DNA of 60,170 nt from Neovahlkampfia damariscottae (Eukaryota), in assembly GCA_016618085.1 (NCBI GenBank), contig JABLTG010000130.1, positions 1 through 60,170 on the forward strand, in the 5' to 3' direction. Each line of letters begins with the position of its first letter. Within the stretch, counting starts at the first letter, position 1. The notes below the pieces were generated by a model. It made no database searches. It was not told the DNA's origin and worked only from the letters and a program-made list of their open reading frames with translations. The position numbers and the translations under genes were made by a program. Shown here piece by piece: positions 22,841 through 36,256 of the stretch.

Positions 22841-25650
22841 TTATTGATTGTATTGACTATAAGCCCATTTTCCAGCTTGAACAGTCTCAGGATCATTTGA
22901 AGACATTGCTTCTTTAACCATTGCAACAAATACATTTTGTTGTAACAAAGGTTTAATTTTAGAACCATAAACATTGGCTAAATCACCAAGAACATTGACA
23001 GCACTTTTGAAAACACCTTGATCCATTGTTTTATCATTTGAAATTCCATTTAAAAAGTATAACAAATTATCAACATAAGGAATGAAACTTTGTGCTTTTT
23101 TTTTGAAAGAGAATTAAAAAAAAAATGTACTTTTGACTTACGTTTATCTTTTTTTAAACCTTGAAGCATTCCAGTATATGAATTCAAAATATTTTCACGG
23201 AGAAGATTAACGTAATCAATTAATTCTTCATTTGTTGGGTCTACTTTTGCTTCTCCTGCTTGTTTTAAAACAATTGTAACTTGTTGAAGATATTTTTCAA
23301 ATTTTCCTTTTAGAGCCATTGCAATATCACCAAAACATCCAATAACTGGTGGTTTAATATCTTTACTAATATCTTTTATCAATAAATTATTCAATAAAGC
23401 AGTAATTAAATCATCAGTATAAGGTTCAAGTTTATCTCCAACTGCTGTACATACATCAACAACAATTGAAACACATGTCAAACATAAATGTTCATCTCTA
23501 TAATTTGAAATACCTTTAATCAAAAGAGCCATAAATGGTTTCAAATAACGCTCAAATTCAACTCCTAAAGCTAAAAAAAATGTTAAATATATTTTTAACA
23601 AACCATCAACAACAGCATCAACAGCTAAGAATGCATCATCAATTGCAGGTGTACCTTGTGAAATTAAAGTGAGTAATAAGTTCATTAAATCATCAGCATA
23701 TGGTTTAATAGCAGAACCAAGTTTGTTTGTCAAAGTTTGAATACATTGACAAATTAATCCTTGAACAAGATAAAGTTCTTCTCTTTCTTCTGAACTTAAA
23801 GTACCTTGTTTCAAAGTACCTGAAAGACGTTGACAGAAAATAGTGAAAATTTGTTGAAGAGTTTTATAAACATCAGGTGTTGAACTATCAATTAAAGAAC
23901 TTAAAGCAGCATAAACATTAACTCTTAAATTATTTTCTGAAACATCTGATCTTTCTGATACTTTTAATAAAGTTGAAGCAAGAACATCAAAATATTTTGA
24001 AAGTGGATAACTTTGTTGTTCTGGAAGTGGTTCATATTGTTCAGCAATATTATTAATAGCCCAACATGATTTTGAAGAAATTCTTGAAACATCTTGTGTT
24101 GCATGAAGAAGACCTTTAATTACATTTTCTAAATGTTTTTCCGAAATAACTGAATGATGAAATAATGCAATTCTTCCAATTGTAAAAACAGTTGTATCTT
24201 TAACAAGTTCAACTGGATCTGTGATATGTTTAAGCATCATATTAATAGCTTGATCAACAAGTGTATTCATTTCATCTGAAGAAGGTACTTCTAAAATAGC
24301 ACTAAATGCAAGTGTAGCTGCTTCTTTTAAACGCCAATTTTCACTATTTATATTTTTTGAAATGAATTCCATTGAGAATGGTACAATATCTTTACCAACA
24401 ACTTGTGTAGCTAATGATAAACATGTTGAAGCAGATGCACTAATATTCCAATCTTCTTCTGTTTGAAATTCATCTTGTTTAGTTAAACATGATGTTAATA
24501 AATCAACAAGTTTATATTTTAATGAAGAAGCAATATAATTTTGACAAGGTTCTTTTGGTTCAACACCATTTTCTTGAGCCTTTTAAAAAAGTTAATTTTT
24601 TCTATTTTTTTTCTTACATATTCAATATCTTCTAAAATTGCATTTTCAACATCACAAATAGTTGACCAAAATTCAATAGCTTGAAGAGCAACTTCTTCTT
24701 TATCTTGTGAAGCTGATTTAAATGTAATTTGAATTAAAGCTTCCATATAAGCACCTAAAAATTGATAATAAAAATCTGCAATTTTAGCAAGTGATTCCAT
24801 AGCAGCATGTCTAATTTTTTCATCATTTGCTTGTGTACATTCACAAATAACTTTCATAATAAAATCTCTTTCATTCTTGAAAAAAAAGTCAAAAAAAACA
24901 AAAACACCACTTACTTTGTTTTGAAAGTTTCCTTTGAAATAATCAAGTGCAAGAGAGAATGAACTAATACCAGCAAATCTAATTTCATTAATAGTTGATC
25001 TCATTCCTTGAACTAAAGCTGTTAAAATATCATTAGCTTTAGCAACTAAAATATCAGCTCTAGATTCTTCACAGAGATAACCAAGCGCTAAGCAAGAACT
25101 TTCCATTCCATACTCAGTTGGTGGGTTAACAACATTTTTAATCAATTCATCTAAAACATCACCCCAGGAGTTTTTTTCCAGCTCAATGATACAAAGTCTT
25201 GAAAGAACCTACAAAAGAAATTTTCAATTTTTTTTTTTTTTTACTTGAGCAGAAACATGACGAACTTCTTTTTGAGTTGAATGAATTGATTTTAAAACTT
25301 GAACTTTAACTTGATTTTTAACATCATTTGAAACACTCAACCATTGTTGAGCTAATTGTTGTGTTGTTTGTTCATCTTTTGAAGAAAGAGCATTTTTTAA
25401 TAAAATACCAGCCATTTGACGTACTTTTACATCACTTTTTTCGTTGCCAAGTTCAACAACTAAGTTTACAAGGTAAAGTGGCTTTTTTTTTTAATTTTTT
25501 ATTTTTCTTACTAAATTATTTTGAGCAAAACCCTGAAGTGCTTTTTCAGCTTCAGTTCTTGTTTGTAAATTTGTGTCACCGCATGCAATTAAAACCTTTT
25601 TTTCTTGAGTTATTTGTTTTCTTTACCTTTAAAAAATTTTGGTCAGACAT
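22841..25650 (-). CDS. KPNB1: Importin beta-1, multi-exon
   Basis: RQMAGILLKNAL, LQAIEFWSTIC, acidic loop EEDWN, NWRLKEAATLAF, VKDTTVFTIGRI, KPPVIGCFGDIAMAL. Confidence 0.95.
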
Positions 25651-25894
25651 CAAGGAAAGTTGTGGAAATTGATGATTCGTCAAAATTCAACCAATCAAAT
25701 AATGATTATTTTATTTTTTTGGCGCAAGACTTGTAGTGATAGTATTTCAAAAATAAATTGTGAAATGTTGAATTTCTTGAGTCATTGGAATCCACCAATT
25801 ATGGGTGAGCTTGAATCCATATCAAGAGATATTCCTTTTTGTCATATTCCATCTCTCTAAAAGTAAAAGAAATCATTTTTCACGCACAATAAAA

Positions 25895-28218
25895 CTATAT
25901 TTTCTTTTTTTTATTTTTCTTTTCTAAATCTTTTGATTTTCTCTTTAATTTATTCACAATTAAATTCAATGAATCATCTTCATTTTTTTGTTTTTCAACT
26001 TGTGATTTATTTTCTTTTCTTTTCAATTTTTTTTCTCTAATTTTTTCAACTGTTTGAGTTTTTTTAAATTTTGAATGAGTAGGATCAATATTGAATTCTG
26101 GATCTTCATATAAAGAACCAAATCTATCATCATTAATATCAAATTCATCATTTGTTGTTGTTTCAATATTTTGATTTTTATTTTTTTTTCTTCTTTGTCT
26201 TTCTTTATCAAAATCTTTTTTCATATTGTAACCAATTTGATCAGTATTTTCATCAACCAATAATTCTAATTGTTCTCTTTTTTTTTGTTTTTCTTCTTCA
26301 TCTTCTTCATTATCTTCATTTTTAAATTCTTCAATTCTATCTTTCTTTTTCTTTTTTTTCTTTTCTTTTCTTTTTCTTTCCAATGTTTCCCACCATGATT
26401 CATTTTCTTTTTTTTCATTTTCTTTCGTTTTTTTTGCAATTTCTTTTCCTACTTCTTCTAATGAATCATCAAATGTTTGTTCCATATGAATATCTTCATA
26501 TTCATCATTTCCTTTCTTTTTGATTTCTTTAATTTTTGCTAATTTTAATAAATCTTTATATTTCTTTCTTGCATCTTTCTTTTGTTTTTTCTTTTTAACA
26601 ACTATTTCTTCTTCTTCTGATGATGATGCTTTTTCATCATCTTGTGAATTTTCATCTTCTTCTTCATCTTCTTCTTCTTCTTCAGATGATGAATCAGTTT
26701 CTTCTTCAGACGATGCTAAAAAGTTTCTAAATTTGTTAATCGAATTTCAAAATTTACGCTAATTCATCTTCTCTTAAATTTTCAAAAGTATGATCTTTTA
26801 AAATATCCAATGCAGGTGGATCTTTATCCCAAGTAAATGTCGAATTTGAAGATTGAATCTGTTTACTATATTGATTTTGTTTTGGTTTATAGTCCATAGG
26901 AACTTTAGAACATGTATTTCTGGATAAAATTAATGAATTCTTTGAGCTTACAATATTTCACGATCTTCAAATGAAACATCATCTGGAATGAATCTCAAAT
27001 CCATTGTAATTGCAGTTGTTTCGAATTCTCTTCCATCACAATCATTGTATAATGCATTTGCAGTTTGAGCAGAATCACAAGTGACAACAGCAAAATAATA
27101 TTTCAATTTTGAAAATTCATATTCTCTAATTCTTTCAGGATGAATTCTATCAGTACCTTCTTCTTCTTCCTATTGAAAAAAATGATTAGTTTTTTTATTT
27201 AAAATGTGCTTACTTCAAAATCAATATCAAATTCCATTTCTTTTCTTTTTTTTTTTGTTGAGTTAAATTTTTCTCTTTTTTCTTTTTGAGCATGTTTTTC
27301 TAATTCTTTTTCAATTTTTTTGTGTTTTTCATATTCTTCATTTGTCATGAAAACATTCATTGGTCCATTGATTTTTTCATCTTCTAATTTCTTCTTTCCA
27401 AAATCGGATAAATAAATGGTGACATTTCTAACTGAACCCATTGTAGGTGCAATTGTTTTAAATAAAACAAATAAATCAGTTGACTTTCAAAAATTAATTG
27501 AAAAAATGAAAGAATAATTACATCAATCAATTGAGAATCAAAATTCATAACTGCAAGACGATGAGTTTCATTTCCAGATTCTAAAGTAGATACTTCACCT
27601 TCACTTAAAAATTTTTGCCAAATATCTTCTCTTTCCAAATGTCTTTCTTCACTGTAATTTTCAAAAATTAGAATATATTTTTTGTTTACTCTGAATTCAC
27701 TTCTTCAGGTTCCCATTCATCATTATCACTAAAATCAAAAACATCATCTTCTTCACCTGCAATTCCTTCACCTTCTTCAGATGATTCATCTTTTGGTAAT
27801 TTTGCAACTTCATCTTCTTGTTCTAATTCATCTTCTAGTCCAAAATGTTTTTTATTCATATCAACAGAATCATCACTATCACTATCATGTGCGTCTAATT
27901 CTCTTGCTATTTTTTTTAATTTTTCAACTTCCGCGTCTTCTTTTGATTGATCAACTTTATAAACACTTTTTAAAGCACTTTTGAAATGTGATTCTTTTTT
28001 TCCTTTGTTTTTACTTCCACCTTTTAAAAATTTAATTTTTATTTGTTTCTCTTACGTAAAATTGGAAATGCATCATCAAACATTTCACTGAACCTTGGTT
28101 CAATTTTTGTTCTTCCATCTACAGGAAAGTATTTTGGATCATTTTGAATTTGAAACCTAGAGTCACCATTGTTCTTTTTTCCGCTCTTGTTTTGTTTCTT
28201 TTGTTTTTTGTCGTTCAT
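25895..28218 (-). CDS. ESF1: Pre-rRNA processing protein ESF1
   Basis: DSRFQ..IEPRFSEMF, ETHRLAVMNFD, VTIYLSDFGK, KLKYYFAVVTCDS, MDLRFIPDD, and NUC153 DDRFGSLYEDPEFNIDPT. Confidence 0.92.
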
Positions 28219-28405
28219 ACAAAATTGTAAAAATGAGTATTTCGGATTGGTCAATTTTTTATTCAGATTTTTAAATGCTGAAATTGCCTCAAAATTCTTC
28301 TTACAGTTGAAATTATTAAAATTTCTTTCAGTGATAGTTGTTGGTGGAATACTTCAATTTCATTCGTTGTTTTATTTTTTTTTGTACGAACAGAGTCCAA
28401 AAGCA

Positions 28406-29700
28406 ATGACCAGTTCAAAAAAGTTTTTTGAATCTTTGGCCGAAATAACTAACCCTGAAGAGATCATTGAGTTACCCAATATACCACTTGAAGAACTCAA
28501 AAAGAAATTCATGGAACTAATGAAACAAGAAAGCCAGATTCAATATTCTCTACCTCCTAAAACTATTCAAAAAAAAGTATATAATTATACTCTGACGGAA
28601 AACTGGAAAGATTTGATCGAAATTTGTTCTGATTGTAACGAAAATTTATGGTGCCAGAGTTATATAGCAGAGGCTCTTATAAAATCAGGTCAACAAGAAA
28701 AAGCAAACAAAATTTTGAATTCAATAATCAATAAACTTGAGGGTACAGATGATTTGAATGAAATGTTCGTTCTCGGAAAAAGTTTTTATCTTTTAAAAAA
28801 ATATGAAGAAGCTGTAAAGTTATTTACAATTTCTTCAGAGAAAGGAAATCCAGAATCTCAAAATCATTTGGCTATTTGTTATGACAATGGTCGTGGTGTT
28901 GCGAAAAGTGAAAAAATAGCTTTTGATTTGTATAAAAAATCAGCAGAATCAGGTTTTACAAGAGCACAAAATAATTTAGCGTAAAATTTAAAAAATAAAT
29001 TATTAATAAATATAGATATAATTATGAACATGGAGAAGGTACAGAAATTGATTTAGAAAGATCTTTTCATTGGTATAAAATAGCAGCAGAAAATGATAAT
29101 GTAAAAGGTCAATTTAATGTTGCTGTTTCATATGATTTTGGTCAAGGGGTTTTACAAAATACAAAAAATGCACTTTATTGGTATACCAAAGCAGCAGAAT
29201 CAGGTCATAGAAAAGCACAATATAATTTAGCAATTTCATTAGAAAATGGTGAAGGAATTGAAACAAATTTAGAAAAATCATGTTATTGGTATAGAAAATC
29301 AGCAGAAAATGGTCATCCAAGAGCTCAATTTAATTTAGGGATGAATTATTCAACTGGATTAGGTGTAAAATTAGATAAAGAAGAAGCTCTTTTGTGGTTT
29401 AAAAAATCATCTTCAAATGGTCACACAAAAGCTACTTATAAAGCAGCATTATGGACAGAAGAAGGAATTGGTTCAAAAATAGATTATTATCTTTCTTATA
29501 AGTATTACATCACTCTTTTGTCTTGTGGTGATGATTTTTATGTAACAAAAGCAAATGAAAGAATGAAAAAATTTCAATTAATGGGATGGCCAAAAGCAAA
29601 TGAATTTTATAAATGGTATGTAAATTTAACTCCAAAAAATGAAAAATTACATGATTTAGTGGATGTTTTAATTTTTTGTGAAAATGAATTAAAAAAATGA
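28406..29700 (+). CDS. Sel1-repeat protein
   Basis: Repeated AQxNLA..Y..G.G......A..WY.KAAE.G units; intron near 28981-29016. Confidence 0.88.
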
Positions 29701-29701
29701 A

Positions 29702-30385
29702 TTAAATTTTTAATTTAATAATTCGATATAATATACCTGTTATTAATGAAGTTATATGTGCCACATTTGATATATTTGATGTTTCTCTTTTTTTTAATTG
29801 ACTTAATTCATAAATTAATAAACCAATCACAAATAATTTACCCACTTGAAATTTTGTTTAGATTTTGGATTTTATTTTACTTGGTAGTAATCCTGTTGTT
29901 AAAGAAAATCCAGCCATAGTATAAATGGAACCTGATGCTCCAATGATTCCATCTGTATTTGTTTCTTCAGTGAATAAAATATGTGAAACACCACCAACTA
30001 AGCTTCCTATAAAGTATAATTGATTTGCATTTTTAAAATGATGAAATTTCAAAAAAATGCATAGTTGAATTAAACAAATCATGTTTAGAAAAAAATGATT
30101 AAATTCAGTGTGAAAAAATGAATAAGAGATTAATGTTTCATATCTTTTGTTTTTTAAGTTTTCAAAATTCAGAATGAAATGTTTTTCAAATAATTCTTGG
30201 TTGAAAATTTTTAGAGAATATGATATAAAAATAATTGAATTAAAACCTACTAAACATAAGAGAGGTGAATTGATTTTTTGATTTATTTTGATTTTTTGAT
30301 TGTAAAACTGTTTGGGAATTGAAGATTTAAGTCGTCGTTTTTGTTTGAAGTTTAAAAAATTGGTTTTGATCTTTGCCCACCACAT
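29702..30385 (-). CDS. Rhomboid intramembrane serine protease (PARL-like)
   Basis: SFFH..HFFLNM, GIIGASGS, and VAHITSLITG in the last exon; basic N-terminus suggests organellar targeting. Confidence 0.82.
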
Positions 30386-30557
30386 TCACATGAAAATAAA
30401 AAAATTGATTTGATTGGTTCATATTTTAAGTGGTTTTATTTTATTTTTGGTAAAATATTACATGATTATTTTGCTGCTCTACTTTTTTTGAATTGGCCAA
30501 TCATTTATTTGGACTTTGGAAAAACAAAAAACAAAAACTTACAAGTCCAAAGAGCGC

Positions 30558-32461
30558 ATGAAAATGAGCAAATTCCCAAATGATTTTAAAAAACGAACAA
30601 GCGAACCAGGAGAATACTCTGATGATGATGAAATTATTGAACTTGATTTAAACGACGGAATCGAAGACAACGAAAATTTAATTTCCGAACTTTTAGAAGA
30701 GTCACCAAAAGAATATAAAAAGAAGAGGACCGAAATACAAGGATACTTTAACACCAATACGAAATCATTATTTGGTCAAAATGAAACAAAAAAAAATTCT
30801 TCAAATTTTCAACCGAAACTTTAATATTAGAATGTAGAGATGAAAAAGAAACAAAAATAACTAAAAAATATTATTTAAAACAAAATGACACATTATTATT
30901 TAAAGGAAAAGAAAAAGAATTATATGTTATGAAAATCAAACAAGGAGAAGAAACTATTCAATTATCAACATCTATAATAGAACAATATTATGAATGGTTA
31001 AGTATTTTTGAAGAGTGTAAAATAAAAAAATCAAACATCCAATTCACTTCTGAGAAATCACCAAGAACATCCATTCATATACAAAATGAAAGAAATGAAA
31101 AAATTGATAATTTAGATTTTATTTATTGGAAAGAAAAACATATTCAAGAATGGTTGAAAAATATTTTATTTTTTTTTTCAAAAGAGGAAAAATTGTTAAA
31201 TCAAATTTTTGATGCTTGTGAAAAAAAGAAAATTATTGGAATTGATTTGAATCAAAAATTTAATTTAAAAAAAATATTGGAATTAAATGATACTCCAATT
31301 TCTGATTTATTATTGGATATTGAAGATGAAATTAATGATAATATTTCAAAACTAAAACTTGATAGGAGTAATTTCAACCAATCATTTCATTTTGACATTT
31401 TTTTGACAGCTTTTGATAGACCAAAAAATATAGTTTCAAAAAAGATATTTAAGAGTTATCCTGAACAATTTATGAAAAACAAAAGACATTATTTTACATT
31501 AGCTTCGAATTTATGTAGTGAAAATGGATTGAAGAATTATTTATCAATGGACTTAAAAGGAATGAAAGAAATGATGGACAAATGGGAATATAATAAAATA
31601 AACTCGAATCAATTTGAAAGAATAGCAAAAGTTAAATTGGTCATCACATCAACACATTATCCAGAGAATATAAGAAAATTAGCATTACCAATTTTAACAC
31701 CATTGAATTTTATAAATACAAATTATGGAATGTTTCATACAGCTTTAATTATTGGACCTTTTTATTTAGATTGGAATTCTGGTGAACTTTGTGTTCCAAA
31801 GAGAATTATGAAATCACAGGAATCATTTTTTACAGCTGATGTCGCGGAAATGATCATTTTAAATGATGATATGAATGATGTCATCAAAAAATTATCAATT
31901 TTTATTTCACATTGGAATATAAATTATTCTTATGGATCATTTAAAATTGGAAAGAAAAGAAATTGTCAAGATTTTGTTGATGAACTTTTGAAATTTTTAA
32001 ATGTGAAATTGAATATTCAAAGTGGTTCTTGTATAGATCAATACTTAAAATCTGCTAAAAAAGGTATTTGTGATTCAAAATTTTTTTGTTCTGATTCATT
32101 TGAAAAATCATTTTCTTCTTTTCCTGAAATATTTGAAAGAAAAAAGAAACCTTTTTTATCCCATGAAGAACTGGATAAATTTGTAATAAAATTAAAGGAA
32201 ATGAATCCAAAAATTGAAAGTGAATACAAAGATGAATGGAATTTGTTGAAGAGTTATGATCGTGGATATTGGTTGAAATATTATGGTGAAACATCAAAGA
32301 AAAGTCCAAATCAACAAAGATTGAAGGAATTTAATTATTTTCAAAAAGAAGGTGAAAGTCAAAACAAATCTATTTGTTCTTGTCCATTTGGTGATCCAAA
32401 GTAATTAAAATTCATTAATTTAATTTTTTACAAATACAGATTAACTGGATCTTTCAGATAA
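30558..32461 (+). CDS. PH + SAM-like + PPPDE/DeSI-like protein, paralog 2 (apparent 1-nt frameshift in an A9 run)
   Basis: FHTALIIGPFYLDW...RNCQDFVD, LLKSYDRGYWL and DPKLTGSF match paralog 1; PH is split at 30788-30796. Confidence 0.7.
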
Positions 32462-32503
32462 AAGAAATAGTAATTGATGAATTTTAATACAAAAAAAGTT
32501 AAT

Positions 32504-35500
32504 TTATAAAACTTGGATAGAATTTTTCAATTTTAAGATATTTTCATCATATTCAAATTTTGTCAATTTCTCTTTGATTTGATTCATTGAATCTTTGAAT
32601 TCATTGTGATATTGATTTATTATTGTTGATAAAAATTGTATAATTCTTTCCTTTGATGTTTCAAAATCATCAAATAACTCATTCAATACTCCCTTTAAGA
32701 ATTCCTTATTTTTGATACAAATTTGAATGATCAATTCAGAAAAAGCTTGATCTTCTTCATCTTTTTCTATCAAGTATTTCTTGATCATTTCTTTAGTTAA
32801 TCCAACTTTAGATACTTCATTGCTCATACATTCTGTTATTAATTCATGTATATATTTCATTTCTTCTTCTTTCAAATTATCACAGAAGAAATAGAAAATA
32901 TCATTCAAAGTAAACATCATCGTTCCAACTTCATTTTCAGCAAAACTCCATTGATAAACAATCTTCAAAAAATTGGAAAATAAATTTGGTAAAATATTTT
33001 TCACTAAAAAAAATTGGGTGAAATGATGATTTTCTTACATTCATTTTGCATAAATCCAATTAGAATTTCTGTAATTTTTGTTGATATTTCTTTACTTTGT
33101 GAACTTTTTATCAATCCAAGTGATATCATTTCAGAAATAAAAATCAACATTGTTTTTGCAATATCCAAACCAAATGATGGTTTGGATGTCATTTTAATTT
33201 GATCATCATTTGAATCATCATTTTGTGAAGAAGATCTAATTCTCTTCAATTCTTTTCTATCAACCTTTTTCAATTGTCCATTCAACCCAGCTTGATAAAG
33301 AGCAGGTAAAATAGAATCAGAATAGAAATCTAATAATTCCATAATTTCAATGGGAGTAGCTTCAAATATTTTTGAATCTTGATTATGTGATCTTTTCTTT
33401 TCTTTAAAATACACCAAATGAATGATATACTTTGGGTATAAATAAAATGCTTCTGTCAAATACTTCTCATAAAATTCTATTGAAAAATTAAATTTAATGA
33501 GTAATTACCATCATCAAATTTATCTCTTTCAAGATAATCTCCAATTTCTTCCATTAAATCAGTCATTATTGTTGCAATCTTTTCACTTTTTAAAATAAAA
33601 TTTCTTGAATCTTCATTAGACAAAAGATAATTAATAAAGTGTAAAACAATGATTGAATTTTCTGGTGTTATTGAACTTGCCTTTTCAATTCTTTGTTTTT
33701 TCTTTCCATTCATTTTTTTTCCAGTCGGTGATTCATTTGTCCAAGTCATATATGTTTCAATGATATCCATCAATTTTGATTCTAATTTCCAATGCATTAC
33801 ACAATCCAAAATGAATTTATAATCATTTTTCAAAATACCTTCTTCACACATTAATTCCAATCTGTTCAATGAATTTTGTGAAATGATTTCAATATTTTCT
33901 TTTGGTAAATTCTTTGCAATTCCCCAAATAAAACAAGAGATTTTTGGTGTTTTGAAATTAACAACAATATCATTCAATAATTCACCAGTAAAATGATCAA
34001 TAGTTGACTTCAAAATAAATAATGAAATATTCTTACCTCAAATAATTTTTCTTCTTCAACTTTTCTAATTGAATTCAAAGTTGATTCAAATAATAAAAAT
34101 TGAATTTCAACTAAATTTTCAATCAATGAAATATTTTGTGATGCTTTATAATACTTTTCATGTGAATCTATTGATGATTCATTTGATGATGTCTCTGTTG
34201 ATGAATCTACCATTTTCTTTGATAATTTTCTCTTTTTTTTATCAATTATATCTGATGATGATGAATCAATATTTAATGAATCATTTTTTGTTTTCTTTTT
34301 TATTTTTTTTGCATCAATCACTTTTTTTAAATATTTATTGATCACATGAATCAATTTGGAAACAGATGCAAGAGGTGCAAATTTTGATACACTTTGATAG
34401 AATTTCTTTGCTGCAATTGAATTTCTTTCAATAAAATCTAATAATCTTGATACTTGAATAGATACTGATTTTTCAAATGGAAGAAATGAATTCAATAATA
34501 ATTCACTTATTTTTTCAATAATCCTTTTATCATCATCAACTGCTAATCTCATTAAAATATCATCTACTTCAACAATATCATAATATTTAATAGATCTAAT
34601 AGATTTGACTTTCAATAACAAATCAAGAAAAGATATTCTAACCATCTTAGAAACATCATGTATTGAATTTGATAACTTTTTCAAAAGGTCTATTAAGAGA
34701 TATATTAGAAACTATATTTGGTATTACTCTTTAATGTTGGTTGAGCTAAATGACTATCTAATAAAAATGATAATCCTTTGAAAACAGATTGTCTGACTAA
34801 AGGGGAATTAGAATCATTTGCCATATCTAAAATCAAAGTTTTCAAAAATTGATAAGTATTTTCGGTTGGAATGATTTCCCAATAAATCCCTAATATTTTA
34901 CAGACTCCTTCAACAGCAACTACTCTAACTTTTGGTGATTCATCTTTTAACAAATCTTGAAGAAATTTAAATTGTTTTTGTATTAATTGTTCAGACTCTT
35001 CTTTGTTTTGATCTGGGTTTCTAAATGGAAATGCATCTGTTAAAATTGCAGCGGAGTTTTTTCTGACATCATCATTTGCTACATTCAAAGAACGAAATAA
35101 AATTGGTTCATATAATCTCAACAATAATTCATCAACTCCATTTTGTTTCTTGTTCAAATAAAATGAGTCTAAAATCACTCTAATATTTTTGAAAAGTGTA
35201 AAATCTCTTGAATGAATTGCATGATACATTAAGTCTTGAATACAATCATATTCCAAAGCTATTAAAGTTTTTCCAGTAGAATTCTTCCATGACTTGAAGT
35301 AAAAATCACCATATGTTTCCAAAATTGACACTTTTGCACTTGGAATCTAAAAATAAATTTTTAACGAATCAAAAATTACTTGAGATATAATAGTTGAATG
35401 AACAAGTTTTACAAGTGTCAAGTTTAAAGTAAAAACGAATTGTATAAATTTCTTTCCTTCTGATAAATTCAAGTAAAATGGTGAAATGACGCATCTAAGT

Positions 35501-36198
35501 AATAATTCTTGAATTACATTTTCTTCTTCCAAATCTAATAAATTTAATCCACTTTTTAAGTTATAGATTCTTTTGACATCTGATTTCTTTGAATTTTTTT
35601 GCAATGAATTTGTCAATAGATATGGCAATGATTGTGGAATCAACTCATGTGAATTTTCATCATCTGGAAATCTTAAATAAACAGTTTCACATAATGTAGC
35701 AATGTTCTCTTGTAATATTGTACCTGTTGATGTATTTCCTAATTCAAAAATCAAATCTTTGTTTTAATTTTTTTTGTTTTACCATGAAGTTCTTTTAAGA
35801 TTTGATAGAGATCATTTGAAGGTATTGTTTTGTTATATTTTAAAAAGGATTGTAAAAGTGATGTTATTTGTCTCAAAAAAACCATCTGTTGATCAGCCTT
35901 TGAAGTTTTAATTTTTAATTTTTAAATTACGATTTTCTTCTCTTCTTTTGAGATATTTTCATGTTCTTCTAAGAATAACCTAGTTTCGAGTATCACATTT
36001 ATTGTATTTAAGACAGTTTTCCAGAGTTTTTCAACTAAATTTTTTGGAAACGCTTCTAAGATTTCATCTAATTTCTTTGACTCCTTTTTTTTGTTAGTGT
36101 TTGGTGGTTGCTCTTACGTAAATAGTTTTTATAGGTTCAAAATTCTTTTTCAAAGAAAATGAACTGATGAGTGTTTCATAACGTTGCAACTTGCTCAT
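32504..36198 (-). CDS. NCAPG2: Condensin II subunit G2, multi-exon
   Basis: LEYDCIQDLMYHAIH, GVDELLLRLYEPILFRSLNVAN, QKQF..LLKDESPKVRVVAV, VRISFLDLLLKVK, LLNSFLP. Confidence 0.92.
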
Positions 36199-36256
36199 CT
36201 TGTAGTTTTGGCGGGAACTAAATCAACAATGATTGGTGGAAAATATAATAGATTTT

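Noticed and set aside
28860..29470. ~108-bp periodic repeats
   Set aside because: Explained by Sel1 protein repeats.
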